This document shows positions 34,196-44,365 of a stretch of DNA of 64,000 bases, in pieces. The first letter of the stretch is position 1; every line of letters starts with the position of its first letter. A model generated the notes under the pieces. The model saw only the letters and a program-made list of their open reading frames with translations. It had not been told where the DNA came from and did not search any database. Position numbers and translations under genes: made by a program. Source of the DNA: Candidatus Zhuqueibacterota bacterium. Its GTDB lineage: Bacteria; Zhuqueibacterota; Zhuqueibacteria; Thermofontimicrobiales; Thermofontimicrobiaceae. The stretch spans positions 1 to 64,000 of the forward strand of contig JBMOPW010000011.1 in assembly GCA_049322915.1 (NCBI GenBank), given 5' to 3'.

Positions 34196-36163
34196 ATGGA
34201 TAAACACGTGGAAATCGAGTCAATCCCTTTTCATGAAAATGTCATTCTGCTGGTTGGAAATCCCAATGTCGGTAAAACGACCATCTTCAATCAGTTTGCC
34301 AGCAAATATGCGATAACGGCGAACTACCCATACACCACGGTGGAGGTGAATAAAGACAGAGTACGCATCGAAGGCAAGGAGTTTGTGCTCATCGACACGG
34401 CAGGCATCTATCGATTGGACCATCCATCCGAAGAGGGGCAGGTCACTCGAGATTTGATGTTCCTCTACCATCCTGAAATTATCATTCAGGTGATTGAAGC
34501 GGCCAATCTGGAAGGCTCGCTGACGCTGACCGCCCAGCTTTTGGATCTGAAAATTCCGATGATACTCGTGCTCAATATGTACGATGAATTGGTCCGGCAG
34601 GGATTGCGCGTGAATGCCAAAGCGTTGTCGGAACAATTGGGAGTGCCGGTGGTGGAAGCGGTGGCCATCGAAGGCGAAGGGATCGATCGGATCAAAAAGG
34701 CAATTCGCTCGCTCAAACCGCCGGAGCCGAGCTTGAAATACCCCCGCATCATCGAGAATTTCATGAACGATATCCTCAACCTGTTCCCCATAAAAAATAG
34801 GCCGGCCCGGCCTATCATCGCGCTTCTCGCGCTGGACGACCCGTTCGCCTCGCGCTGGATTTACGATAACTATGGGCCGGACATTGCTCAAAAAGCCGAG
34901 GCTGCTAAATCCCAGTTCGTCGATAAAAATATCGTCAATTTATCCATCAGTATCATGAATTCGCAAAACGCCTGGATCAACTCGGTCGTGGAGCGCGTGG
35001 TGACCCGGAAAGGCGAACTGACTAAATTCGGCATTCAGAAATTTGGCCAGTGGTCGCGGCATCCGGTGTACGGTTGGTTCATTGGCCTGGGCATGATCAT
35101 CATGACCTATCTCATCGTCGGAAAATTTGGCGCGTCATTTCTGGTCAGCAGTTTTGACCACTATCTCATCGCGCCCATCATCAGATTTCTGGATGGACTG
35201 ATTCAGAATCCCCTGCTGAATCGATTTCTCATCGGCGATTATGGCCTGCTGACGACTGGCTTGTTCAACGCTGTGGTCACGGTGCTGCCGATCATCACCC
35301 TGTTCTTTTTAGTACTCAATCTGCTGGAGGATGTGGGGTATCTGACCAATCTCCTCATTCTGACCAATCGCGTTTTCAAAAAAGTGGGACTGTCCGGAAA
35401 ATCGATTTTGCCGATTGTGTTGGGCTTCGGCTGCAAGACAATGGCGACGCTATCCACGAAAATTCTCGATTCCAAAAAAGAGAAATACATTGCCATTTTC
35501 CTCATCGGGTTGGCCATTCCCTGCTCCAGCCAGATGAGCGTGAGCATCGGCGTCCTTTCCACGCAGCCACTGGCCTCGTTCGTCATCGTCATTGCCACGC
35601 TGGCTGTGATTGAACTTTTCGCCGGCGTGGTTCTCAATAAAATCATCCCGCAATCGGGCCACTCGGATTTCATCATGGAGATCCCACCGATTCGCCTGCC
35701 GGATCTGCGCCTGCTGCTGAAGAAAACCTATTACCGTTCCCTCTGGTTTTTGAAAGAGGCGGTGCCGCTGTTCCTTCTGGGAGCGCTGGTTCTGTTCGTC
35801 CTGAACGAGACGTCCGGCATGAAAATGCTGGAATGGGTGATGCGCCCGGTGGTTGTCTCCCTGCTTCATCTGCCAATCGAGTTCACCGAGGCCCTGGTCA
35901 TGAGCTTCGCCCGCTCCGAGGCAGGCGCTGCACTGGTGTTGGCCATGGTGAAAAAGAGCGCCCTCACCCAGATTCAGGCCATTGTCTCCATCATCGTCCT
36001 CACCCTGTTCGTCCCGTGCATTTCCAACGTGATGGCCATGGTCAAAGAATTGGGCATGAAAAAAGCGCTGCTCATGGTGTTCGTCATCACGATCACGTCA
36101 TTCCTCGTCGGTGCGGCTGCTAATTTAATTCTGGAACATGTTAACTACGGAGGTTCTTTCTAA
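34196..36163 (+). CDS. feoB: Ferrous iron transporter FeoB
   Basis: GTPase motifs GNPNVGKT, NYPYTT, DTAG and NMYD; gate motifs LLEDVGYL, LGFGC, IPCS and FIMEIPP; polytopic C-terminus. Confidence 0.92.
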   Translation: MDKHVEIESIPFHENVILLVGNPNVGKTTIFNQFASKYAITANYPYTTVEVNKDRVRIEGKEFVLIDTAGIYRLDHPSEEGQVTRDLMFLYHPEIIIQVIEAANLEGSLTLTAQLLDLKIPMILVLNMYDELVRQGLRVNAKALSEQLGVPVVEAVAIEGEGIDRIKKAIRSLKPPEPSLKYPRIIENFMNDILNLFPIKNRPARPIIALLALDDPFASRWIYDNYGPDIAQKAEAAKSQFVDKNIVNLSISIMNSQNAWINSVVERVVTRKGELTKFGIQKFGQWSRHPVYGWFIGLGMIIMTYLIVGKFGASFLVSSFDHYLIAPIIRFLDGLIQNPLLNRFLIGDYGLLTTGLFNAVVTVLPIITLFFLVLNLLEDVGYLTNLLILTNRVFKKVGLSGKSILPIVLGFGCKTMATLSTKILDSKKEKYIAIFLIGLAIPCSSQMSVSIGVLSTQPLASFVIVIATLAVIELFAGVVLNKIIPQSGHSDFIMEIPPIRLPDLRLLLKKTYYRSLWFLKEAVPLFLLGALVLFVLNETSGMKMLEWVMRPVVVSLLHLPIEFTEALVMSFARSEAGAALVLAMVKKSALTQIQAIVSIIVLTLFVPCISNVMAMVKELGMKKALLMVFVITITSFLVGAAANLILEHVNYGGSF

Positions 36164-36900
36164 TGCATCATTTCAATCACGGCCATCACAAACACCATCG
36201 TTTTTTTCAACAGCGACGACACAAAGAACTGGAAGAATACCTGGAAATTCTCTGGTATATTCAGGAGCGACACGGCGCCAACATGAAGGAAATTCTGGTT
36301 CACGTCAATAGCGACTGGGACCCGTCCATCATTGAGGTGCTGAAGCAGCAGGGTTTCATCGAGGAGACAGAGAGCGAGATCAAATTCACGCAGAAAGGGC
36401 ACGACACCGCGCGGCTGCTGGTTCGATCCCATCGATTGGCCGAGCGGCTATTGACGGATGTGCTGGGAATGAATATCGATCGCGCCGAAACCGGCGCGTG
36501 CGAGTTCGAGCATTTCGTGGTGCCGGAAATTGTGGACAGCATCTGCACGCTGCTGGGTCACCCCAAAGTATGTCCCCATGGCATGCCAATTCCTCCCGGC
36601 GCCTGCTGCCAGGAAGCCAAACACTCCATTGAATCGCCGGCCAGGTCCATTACCGAAATGGAGTCCGGGCAAAAGGGGCGCGTTGCCTACATCAACACCC
36701 GATCCAATTCCCGAATGCACCAGTTGACTCAATTGGGCATCAAGCCGGGAGCGCAGATTTGGGTGCATCAAAAATACCCAACGTTTGTGCTGCGCATCGA
36801 CAACACGCAAATCGCTCTGGACGAGAAAGTCGCGCAGGATATTTTGGTCTGGGAACAAGCCAATGGCGGTGAATCCGATGAGTTGTTATCCGAGGAATGA
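36163..36900 (+). CDS. DtxR/MntR-family metal-dependent regulator with C-terminal FeoA domain
   Basis: EEYLE, HRLAERLLTDVLG, ACEFEH, LGHPKVCPHG; FeoA-like tail (LTQLGIKPG..IAL). Start overlaps the feoB stop (TAATG). Confidence 0.88.
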   Translation: MHHFNHGHHKHHRFFQQRRHKELEEYLEILWYIQERHGANMKEILVHVNSDWDPSIIEVLKQQGFIEETESEIKFTQKGHDTARLLVRSHRLAERLLTDVLGMNIDRAETGACEFEHFVVPEIVDSICTLLGHPKVCPHGMPIPPGACCQEAKHSIESPARSITEMESGQKGRVAYINTRSNSRMHQLTQLGIKPGAQIWVHQKYPTFVLRIDNTQIALDEKVAQDILVWEQANGGESDELLSEE

Positions 36901-37069
36901 ACTCACAACAGGAAGAATGCCGCTGCACCTGACTGCCTGAGCGCAGCGCCCACGGGGTCACGGCGGCGGCGATCCGGTTTTCCAGCTATCTTGTGAAAAA
37001 AAGCATTGCCCGGTCTGGTTTGATGACACCATTCAGCGCGTTGGGAATTTGCGCCGGTTTTCACTCCCA

Positions 37070-39895
37070 TCAAATGACTTTGACAACCACCACAGTCTGG
37101 TCGTCATGCTGGCTCATGTCTATTGTGAAATCCTTCACAGCGTTGATGACGCTGTCGCGAATGGCCAGCGCGCTTTCGGCGTTGCATCCTTTGAGCACAT
37201 CGGCCAGTTTCTCTTCGCCAAATTGAATTCTGTCCCTGCTCTGAGCTTCGGTAATGCCATCCGTCACAAATAAAAAGATATCGCCCACATCGTAGGTAAT
37301 AACCTTTTCTTCGATTTCTGAGCTGAAGATTTTTTCGCTGTCCAGACCCAGGCCCAATCCGCGGGGCGTGATGATCTGCACCGTCTCTGTGCCGGCGTGG
37401 TAATAGAACAGAGGTTGATGCCCGGCCCGGGCCAGCACAACCCGCCTCTTTTGCGTTTCGAACAATCCACTGATAGCCGTTACGAACGATTGTTTGTCCA
37501 GATCGCGGTACAGGATTTGATTGGCGCGGATGAACAGCTCGCGCGGCTTCAATCCAAATCCGAATAACGAACGAAGTATGCCCTGAATTTTGAAAAGGTA
37601 CAGCGCCGCGGATGTGCCTTTGCCGCTCACATCGCCCACAATGACATTGACCGAGTGCGGCTCGCCATTGAGATAATCGAAATAATCGCCGCCCACTTCT
37701 GTCGCGGGAATGGATGTGCCGGAAATTTCCAGGCCTTCGATGATTGGGGTGTGCTGCGGAAGCGACGCCAGTTGAATGCGCCGCGCAATCATCAATTCAT
37801 GTTTGAGCCGCTCCTGTTCCGTGATCTCCTCGTGCAGAAACGCATTTTCAATGGCGACCGATGACTGTTTCGCCACCGCCGTGAAGAACGTCAAATCATC
37901 GGCGTGCGTCGGGGCTTCGGACAATTTCTCTCCAATCAGCAGCGTGCCCACAAGGCGATCCTTGAACCAGATGGGAATGATGTGCTGAAAGCCGCATTGC
38001 TCGAAATAGGACTTGAGATCCGGCGGCAAATAATCCACGCTGAAACGGGAGTCAGTCCGAAGCTTTCGCAGCACGCGAACAAACGCCTGCCGGACATCCA
38101 GATTGAATTCCTGGGATTCCATGCCATCGAAACGGTACGCCGCCTGATAGCAGCATGTCTCTTCATCTCTGAAAAATACAATGCCGGTCGATTTGAGCTG
38201 CAACAATTCCGTCAGTTTCTGGGCAATGCCCCGGGCGAGATCCATGATGGTTAATTTGGTCGCCATCACCTCGGCCAGGGCATTGGCTGACTTGCCATAA
38301 TCGAATTGCAGCCGGTAATATTTCTTATCGATGATCGTCTGTCCCCAGCGCCGGATCTTCCAGAATAAAAGAGTGAAACCGATGGCGAGGCCCATCACCA
38401 GAATTTTTTCGATGAAATCCTGCTGGCCGGGACTCAGCGGCTCATCGATGATTTCGAACGACGTAATGGTCAGGCGAATATTGGGGATACGAAAGGCGAG
38501 CTTCGGCAGTTGACTGAGAAGCCGAATGAACAGCGCCAGGAGCAGCAGGAGCCAGGCGGACGAAATGATGGTGTGTTGCACATTTTTCCGAATGCTGAGT
38601 TTCAGATCGAGGAGTTTATAACGGCCGATCGTGTAAATATAGGCCAGGGGAACAAGGCAATACAGCAGCACCCAATGGGCAGCGACCTCGTAATTTGTAT
38701 CCACGCCGGTCAGCAGAAGGATAACCATATTGGGCAGCGTCAGGCCGTAGATGGTCAGCGCGATGATCCGACTGAGCCGCTTCAATTCAGCGGCGCGCTG
38801 TTTGCGAAAAATAAAATGAACCGCAAAATTATAGGCAAGCGCCACCAGGAACAGGATGGAAATAGTCTGCTCGTGGATGGTTTTGAAGTGCCTGAAAAAA
38901 TCGATGATCACGTACAGCGAAAATCCGATCGCAGCCACGTAGGGTATCCGCCGAATCCATTTTTTCCCGGCGACATCCTTCCACTCTTTTGGGAAGAAAT
39001 AGGCGCTGTCCAGCCAGAACGCCAGTCCAATGGCGATGGCCATCGTCTGTGTCAAATAGCGCACGATGGCAAAATCATCGAATTCAATTTTAAGCCGACC
39101 GAACGTGAGGGCCAGCGCATACCCACAGATCAACATAGCAAAACTCAGCAACCGGGCTGATTTTTTCGAAGCGCTCACCATGGCGAAGAAGAAAGCCGCC
39201 CCAATCAATGAGGCGCCGGCCAACAATTGCAGCAACACGATGATTGGGAATCCGAAACTGGCCAGGGTCACGTGGAGCGTGATAGTGCGATTTCGGCGGA
39301 TGATATCGTAATTGATGGTTTTGCCGGCGCGGGCGCTGCGCATGATCCTGTCTGCTTCCCAGATGTCATTAAAGGTTCGGCCGTTGATGCGCACAATCAA
39401 ATCGCCAACATGCATGCCGGCCCGCTCCGACGCGCCGCCCGGATTCACTTTTATCACATGCGCCGCCGACGGCAGGACGCGGAAGAAGCTGTCCGGCAGC
39501 GCCGATTTTCTGACCTTCAATTGCTTGATTTCTTTCGGATCGGAACGTAATAAAATAATGGTAAAAAAGGAATCATCCGGCGCGGCATTCAGGCGTTTTA
39601 GCCAGTCATTTGATCGTCCCATCTTCTTTTGGTCGTTGCCCAGTAGATAATCTCCGATCCGAGCGGAGTCGTCACTCGCGGGGGCGAACTTCGGCGCCCT
39701 GCCCCGGAGAGGAAAGAGTTCGCCGGAAAACGGTCGGGTGATATAAAATTGCGACGGCGGCGCAGTGAAAAGATTTTCATCCGTGGGAAGGGTAGCGATT
39801 CGATAGAAATTGTACCCGGCAATATACATGAGGGTTACGGCGATCGCGCTGAACATCAGGCGAAACTGTTTGGGGTGGGTATCGAAATAGGCCAT
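37070..39895 (-). CDS. Membrane-bound PDZ-GAF-SpoIIE (PP2C/RsbU-like) phosphatase
   Basis: PDZ (VNPGGASERAGMHVGDLIVRING), several TM helices, GAF-like segment ending AIENA, PP2C motifs EVGGDYFD, GDVSGKG, RAGH, TDGITEA and DDQT. Confidence 0.88.
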   Translation of the reverse strand: MAYFDTHPKQFRLMFSAIAVTLMYIAGYNFYRIATLPTDENLFTAPPSQFYITRPFSGELFPLRGRAPKFAPASDDSARIGDYLLGNDQKKMGRSNDWLKRLNAAPDDSFFTIILLRSDPKEIKQLKVRKSALPDSFFRVLPSAAHVIKVNPGGASERAGMHVGDLIVRINGRTFNDIWEADRIMRSARAGKTINYDIIRRNRTITLHVTLASFGFPIIVLLQLLAGASLIGAAFFFAMVSASKKSARLLSFAMLICGYALALTFGRLKIEFDDFAIVRYLTQTMAIAIGLAFWLDSAYFFPKEWKDVAGKKWIRRIPYVAAIGFSLYVIIDFFRHFKTIHEQTISILFLVALAYNFAVHFIFRKQRAAELKRLSRIIALTIYGLTLPNMVILLLTGVDTNYEVAAHWVLLYCLVPLAYIYTIGRYKLLDLKLSIRKNVQHTIISSAWLLLLLALFIRLLSQLPKLAFRIPNIRLTITSFEIIDEPLSPGQQDFIEKILVMGLAIGFTLLFWKIRRWGQTIIDKKYYRLQFDYGKSANALAEVMATKLTIMDLARGIAQKLTELLQLKSTGIVFFRDEETCCYQAAYRFDGMESQEFNLDVRQAFVRVLRKLRTDSRFSVDYLPPDLKSYFEQCGFQHIIPIWFKDRLVGTLLIGEKLSEAPTHADDLTFFTAVAKQSSVAIENAFLHEEITEQERLKHELMIARRIQLASLPQHTPIIEGLEISGTSIPATEVGGDYFDYLNGEPHSVNVIVGDVSGKGTSAALYLFKIQGILRSLFGFGLKPRELFIRANQILYRDLDKQSFVTAISGLFETQKRRVVLARAGHQPLFYYHAGTETVQIITPRGLGLGLDSEKIFSSEIEEKVITYDVGDIFLFVTDGITEAQSRDRIQFGEEKLADVLKGCNAESALAIRDSVINAVKDFTIDMSQHDDQTVVVVKVI

Positions 39896-40275
39896 GGATC
39901 GTTCTTTCAGGCAACTTCTAAAAATACTCTCTCACAACCGAATTTATACAGGCAGGAATACGGCGCATTTGAGTTCAGGTTTCTGCTTTTATTCCAGCCG
40001 ATGTCTGGCATGCAATATAGCGAATCCATTTTGAAAAATCAAGCGCTATTCAGTGGGCGCGGCAATTTCTATCGCTTGACTTTTAAGTATTTTATGTTTA
40101 TATTTTTGTCGCTATTCAGGCATGCATTCTTGCTACCAATTCGCGACGCGACATGAAGATGTCAATCTCATTTTCATTCCCGGGTCGACTCTAAAAAACC
40201 TTAAAAGGCTTTGATACGTTGGTGATGATATCTATTCCACGTCATAAATGACATGGCCATTCGATTGAAAAAGTG

Positions 40276-40643
40276 AAAAGTCAGATACCTTGAACCGCCC
40301 CGACTTTCAAGTCGGGGAAAAATTTGCCTTTGAGTCTTGGGCTTTAGCCCCATTTAAAGTGGACTCATTCTTATAATGTGAAATTCAATTTTATTTTTAA
40401 AACCAAATTCATCTTTTCAGAATCGATAATTTTCGATATAACTTATTCTTGTGTCTTAGCCTGCATTATTCATAGTATTTTTAAAGGAGGCTGGCTAACC
40501 TGAATGTTGCTCTTTTTAGAATAAACGCATAAAAACTGAGTTTCAAAATAGCTTAGCCTTTAGCTAATTGAAAATCTGAATGTTGACTCAAATTCTGAGC
40601 AAGTTCATGAATAATTCAGGTCAGAGATTTAGTGGCTGAATAG
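40276..40643. repeat. Dispersed repeat copy 2, interrupted by a MITE
   Basis: Homologous to 11786-11992; contains CCCCGACTT-TC-AAGTCGGGG and GGGCTTTAGCCC palindromes. Confidence 0.8.
40460..40620. mobile_element. 161-bp MITE with 14-bp terminal inverted repeats (IS1380-like ends)
   Basis: CCTGCATTATTCAT ... ATGAATAATTCAGG (1 mismatch), flanked by TTAG/TCAG. Absent at the equivalent site in copy 1. Confidence 0.7.
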
Positions 40644-40679
40644 CGACATATTTTTCGAAACCAAATACGGAGAGAACCG

Positions 40680-41681
40680 ATGAAACGTTTCGAAGGGCTA
40701 CTGTTAATTCTGGTGTTCATTGCCGCGCAGGCCGCACCGTTGCTGGCGAAACAAAAAACGCTCTACGTGGTCACCCGAAGCACGAAAAAATTCCGAATCG
40801 GCAGTCAGGAATTTCCCTCTGTCGGCCTGTTTTCGACAACGAACGATGGGAAAACGTGGAAGCATTACGGTTGGGATTACACCAAATGTTTTTCCGTATC
40901 CATGACCCGACTGGCTGGCAGGCACCTGATGTACCTGTCCTGCGGCAATGGCGTTCAGAAATCAGTTGACGACGGAAAGACCTGGTCAATCACCACCGGG
41001 GCGGCCATGACCGAATGCCTGAAAACTGCCATCGATCCAAAACACCAGGAGACTGTCTACGCTGCCACGGCCTATGGCATTTACAAAACCGAAGACGGCG
41101 GGAAGACATGGCAGGAGAAAAATCTGGGACTCACCAGTACATTCACTCCGACGGTATTGCTGGATCAAAATCAATCGGGCATGCTGTACTGCGCCACCGA
41201 GGCTGGCATTCATCGCAGCGCAAACGGCGGCGACATCTGGGAGCCCATCGGGCTCATCGGTCTTGGCATTCGGACATTGATTCAACATCCTTCCAACCAT
41301 GACATTTTCATCGCCGGCACGGAGAACGACGGGGTATTCGTTTCAACGGATCACGGCCGGACCTGGGTTCAAAAATCAGGCGGAATGACGCACACGACAA
41401 TTTACGCGCTGACAGTGGATCCAAAGGACGCGCTGGTCATTTACGCCGGGACGTTCCGCGGCGGTATTTTCAAGACGGAGGATGGCGGAGCATCGTGGCG
41501 GGCGATCAATCAGGATTTAACCAACATGGACATCCACGCGCTGGCCATTGATCCGGAAAATAGCAACAAGGTGTACGCCGGCACCCTGAATGACGGCATC
41601 TGGCTCAGCGAAAACGCCGGGCAAAGCTGGCGCTTCATCGGTCTGGAGACCAGCCAGGTGTGGGACATGCTGTTCGAGTGA
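40680..41681 (+). CDS. Secreted BNR/Asp-box repeat beta-propeller protein (Ycf48/VPS10-like)
   Basis: Signal peptide; seven [ST]x[DN]xGxxW-type repeats. Confidence 0.85.
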   Translation: MKRFEGLLLILVFIAAQAAPLLAKQKTLYVVTRSTKKFRIGSQEFPSVGLFSTTNDGKTWKHYGWDYTKCFSVSMTRLAGRHLMYLSCGNGVQKSVDDGKTWSITTGAAMTECLKTAIDPKHQETVYAATAYGIYKTEDGGKTWQEKNLGLTSTFTPTVLLDQNQSGMLYCATEAGIHRSANGGDIWEPIGLIGLGIRTLIQHPSNHDIFIAGTENDGVFVSTDHGRTWVQKSGGMTHTTIYALTVDPKDALVIYAGTFRGGIFKTEDGGASWRAINQDLTNMDIHALAIDPENSNKVYAGTLNDGIWLSENAGQSWRFIGLETSQVWDMLFE

Positions 41682-41853
41682 TTCGGGCAGAACCGGCGTC
41701 CGGTCCTGAATTTCCAGGCGCGGCAGCATTGATGCGGAGCGCTATCTACCATGGTCTGCTCCATCCCTGTCCTGACGCGCGTGCAAATCTGACCGGCTTT
41801 TTCCATCAATTCATCAATCGAAAGAATATTTCCTTTCATGGAAGGGTATCATT

Positions 41854-44283
41854 ATGAAGCGAGCTTTCGTGGCTTCGTTGATCTTGCTCTGGGCGCTGAC
41901 GTGCCTCTCCGCTGTCTATGCTTCCGACACAGGGTACAGCGCCCGCGTCGATGAACTGTTTTCCTGGGCCGATACGGTGAGGACGGATAATTTCCTCATC
42001 GCGGCCGCTAAAATTTATCATGGGAAATCCGCCGATGAAGGCATTCAAATGTTCGAGCGCATGTTGCAGCGCCGCGACAATTCACCCAGCGGCATGTTCG
42101 CCATTTACAGCATGATGATCGGCTACCTGGCTGCCAGGGATAAAATGCCGCAATCGCTCCGGGATGATGTCCGCGATTATCTGGCTGTGGCCAATTTCTA
42201 TCGCGGCGACACTGAAAATCATCTCACCATGTACTATACCGGCCTGTACCTGGCTGCTCAGACCTTTCCGGATTTGCCGGCCAGGAAATGGTACACTGGA
42301 AAATCGTCTGCCGAGAACAAGCAGGAGGCTATGGACTGGTTTGATCTGTGGATGCGCCAGACAACCAGCATTGGTCAGGGCGAATTCGACTCCCCGACCT
42401 ATATGCCGGTGTTCATCGCGCCCATGTTCGGATTGTCCCAATTTGCCGAAGACCCGGTATTGAAACAAAACGCGTTGATCATGGTGCACTGGCTGATCGC
42501 TGATTTTGCCGTGGAACACTTGAACGGCGTCTACGTCGGCGCCCATAGCCGCGATTACCCGGAGCGGAAAATTCAGCCCAAACATCCCAGTTCGGATATG
42601 ACAGCCTGGGGTTGGCTGCTGTTCGGAAAAACAAATTCCCGCTATCACCCCACGTTGCTAGCGGCTGCGCTGAGCGATTTCAACCTGCCGGAAATTTTGT
42701 ATTCCATTGGAACGGATCGCGACACGCCCTATGTCCACACCGAGACCAAACGGGTTCGCAACATCATCCGCTTCAGCGAGCAGCGCAATCCGCCGGTCTA
42801 CAAATACACGTACATGACCGGAGAATACGGGCTCGGCTCCATGATGGGCGGAGGGATTTTACAGCCCATTCAGCAGCACACCTGGGATGTCACGTTCATG
42901 ACGGACAGCCCCTACATGTGCATTTTCACGGTGCACCCGTATATCGGCGAAAAAGACCTGGGCATGTTCTTTCCCGAGGAGATGAAATTCGCTTTCGATG
43001 AGGTGGCGCGGCATCACACCTATTACGCCGACGAGGGAAAATGGGCGAGCAGCTCTCCCTATGAAAAGACATTCCAGCACAAAAATACACTGATCGTTTT
43101 GTACAACATTCCGCCCCATGAACGCTATGGCCACATCGATGGATTCTTTCCTAAAGACCTGGCGCGCCGGGACAGCGATGCCTCCGGCTGGATTTTTTGC
43201 CGGGGCGGCAACACTTTCATCGCCTATTTTCCGCTTCAACCGTACGAGTGGATTGAGGAAGCGGACGCATTCCGGCTTCGAAGCCACGATTTGAAGAATG
43301 GCTGCATCGTCGAAGTGGCGCAGGCCGATGAATACGATTCTTTCGATGCGTTCAAGGCGCAGATTCGCACCAACACACTGGTGCACGATACATTCGACCA
43401 GACGCTGACCGTGAGCTACACGACCTCTGCCGGCGATATTATGACATTTGCCTACGACGGCGAACGCCGGCTGAATGGTCATTTCATCGATTATTCGACG
43501 TACAAACTTTTCGAGGGACCGTTTTTAAATGCAGAGCCGGGAAGCCGAACAATGGAAATCACTTACAAAGATGAAGGAATGGTTTTAGACATGGCGACAG
43601 AAGAGAAGGGGCAGATTTTACCGATGTATCTGTGCCCAAAAATTGATGAAGACTTTGCACTTACTGGAAAAATAGACAACCCGGCCTGGAACAAGTCCAG
43701 CGCTGTGCCATTGGTCGATGCCATCACCGGCAAAGACGGTAAATTCGCCACGACGGTGCAGGCGCTTTACAGCGATGCGTATTTGTACGTTGCCTTCACC
43801 TGCGCGGACGACTATATCTGGGGCACGGAGACGGAGCGCAATAGCCCGATTTACGACGAGGAATGTGTGGAAGTTTTTCTCAATCCGGCCAATGCCGGAC
43901 ATCAGTATTACGAAATCAATCTCAGCCCAAAGAACGTGGTTTTCGATGCTGCGTTGCTCAACAATCGGACGCCTGCCAATCCATTCGCCGAGTTCATGGG
44001 CTTCCCGGATTGGGACATGAAAAAGCTGGAAACTGCTGTGTCCATCGATGGCGAAGTCGACTCTGACGGCAATGGCCGAAGCTGGACCGCTGAGTTGAAA
44101 ATACCCATGGCCGAGTTGTTCGGAGCGCCCCATTGTCCCCCGCTGCCCGGCGATGTCTGGCGGGCGAATTTCTTCCGAATCGATTCCCCGAAGAAAGGCG
44201 AGCGGCATCATTATGCCTGGAGCCCCACGGAGCGAATCGCGTTTCATCTGCCGTGGCGGTTTGGCTATCTGAAATTTCAATAA
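41854..44283 (+). CDS. Secreted hypothetical protein with C-terminal CBM9-like (DOMON) sugar-binding domain
   Basis: Signal peptide; N-terminal helical domain with TENH, GEFDSPTY and GAHSRDY; C-terminal LYVAF..D..VEVFL..YYEIN.SP..WTAELKIP..WRANFFR..WSP. Confidence 0.65.
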   Translation: MKRAFVASLILLWALTCLSAVYASDTGYSARVDELFSWADTVRTDNFLIAAAKIYHGKSADEGIQMFERMLQRRDNSPSGMFAIYSMMIGYLAARDKMPQSLRDDVRDYLAVANFYRGDTENHLTMYYTGLYLAAQTFPDLPARKWYTGKSSAENKQEAMDWFDLWMRQTTSIGQGEFDSPTYMPVFIAPMFGLSQFAEDPVLKQNALIMVHWLIADFAVEHLNGVYVGAHSRDYPERKIQPKHPSSDMTAWGWLLFGKTNSRYHPTLLAAALSDFNLPEILYSIGTDRDTPYVHTETKRVRNIIRFSEQRNPPVYKYTYMTGEYGLGSMMGGGILQPIQQHTWDVTFMTDSPYMCIFTVHPYIGEKDLGMFFPEEMKFAFDEVARHHTYYADEGKWASSSPYEKTFQHKNTLIVLYNIPPHERYGHIDGFFPKDLARRDSDASGWIFCRGGNTFIAYFPLQPYEWIEEADAFRLRSHDLKNGCIVEVAQADEYDSFDAFKAQIRTNTLVHDTFDQTLTVSYTTSAGDIMTFAYDGERRLNGHFIDYSTYKLFEGPFLNAEPGSRTMEITYKDEGMVLDMATEEKGQILPMYLCPKIDEDFALTGKIDNPAWNKSSAVPLVDAITGKDGKFATTVQALYSDAYLYVAFTCADDYIWGTETERNSPIYDEECVEVFLNPANAGHQYYEINLSPKNVVFDAALLNNRTPANPFAEFMGFPDWDMKKLETAVSIDGEVDSDGNGRSWTAELKIPMAELFGAPHCPPLPGDVWRANFFRIDSPKKGERHHYAWSPTERIAFHLPWRFGYLKFQ

Positions 44284-44365
44284 ATCCTTTTGGGAGCCTG
44301 GCCCGGGTTCCGGCGATTGATGATTCATCAAAACGTTGTATCGATTTCAGACAGGAGAATTCAGC

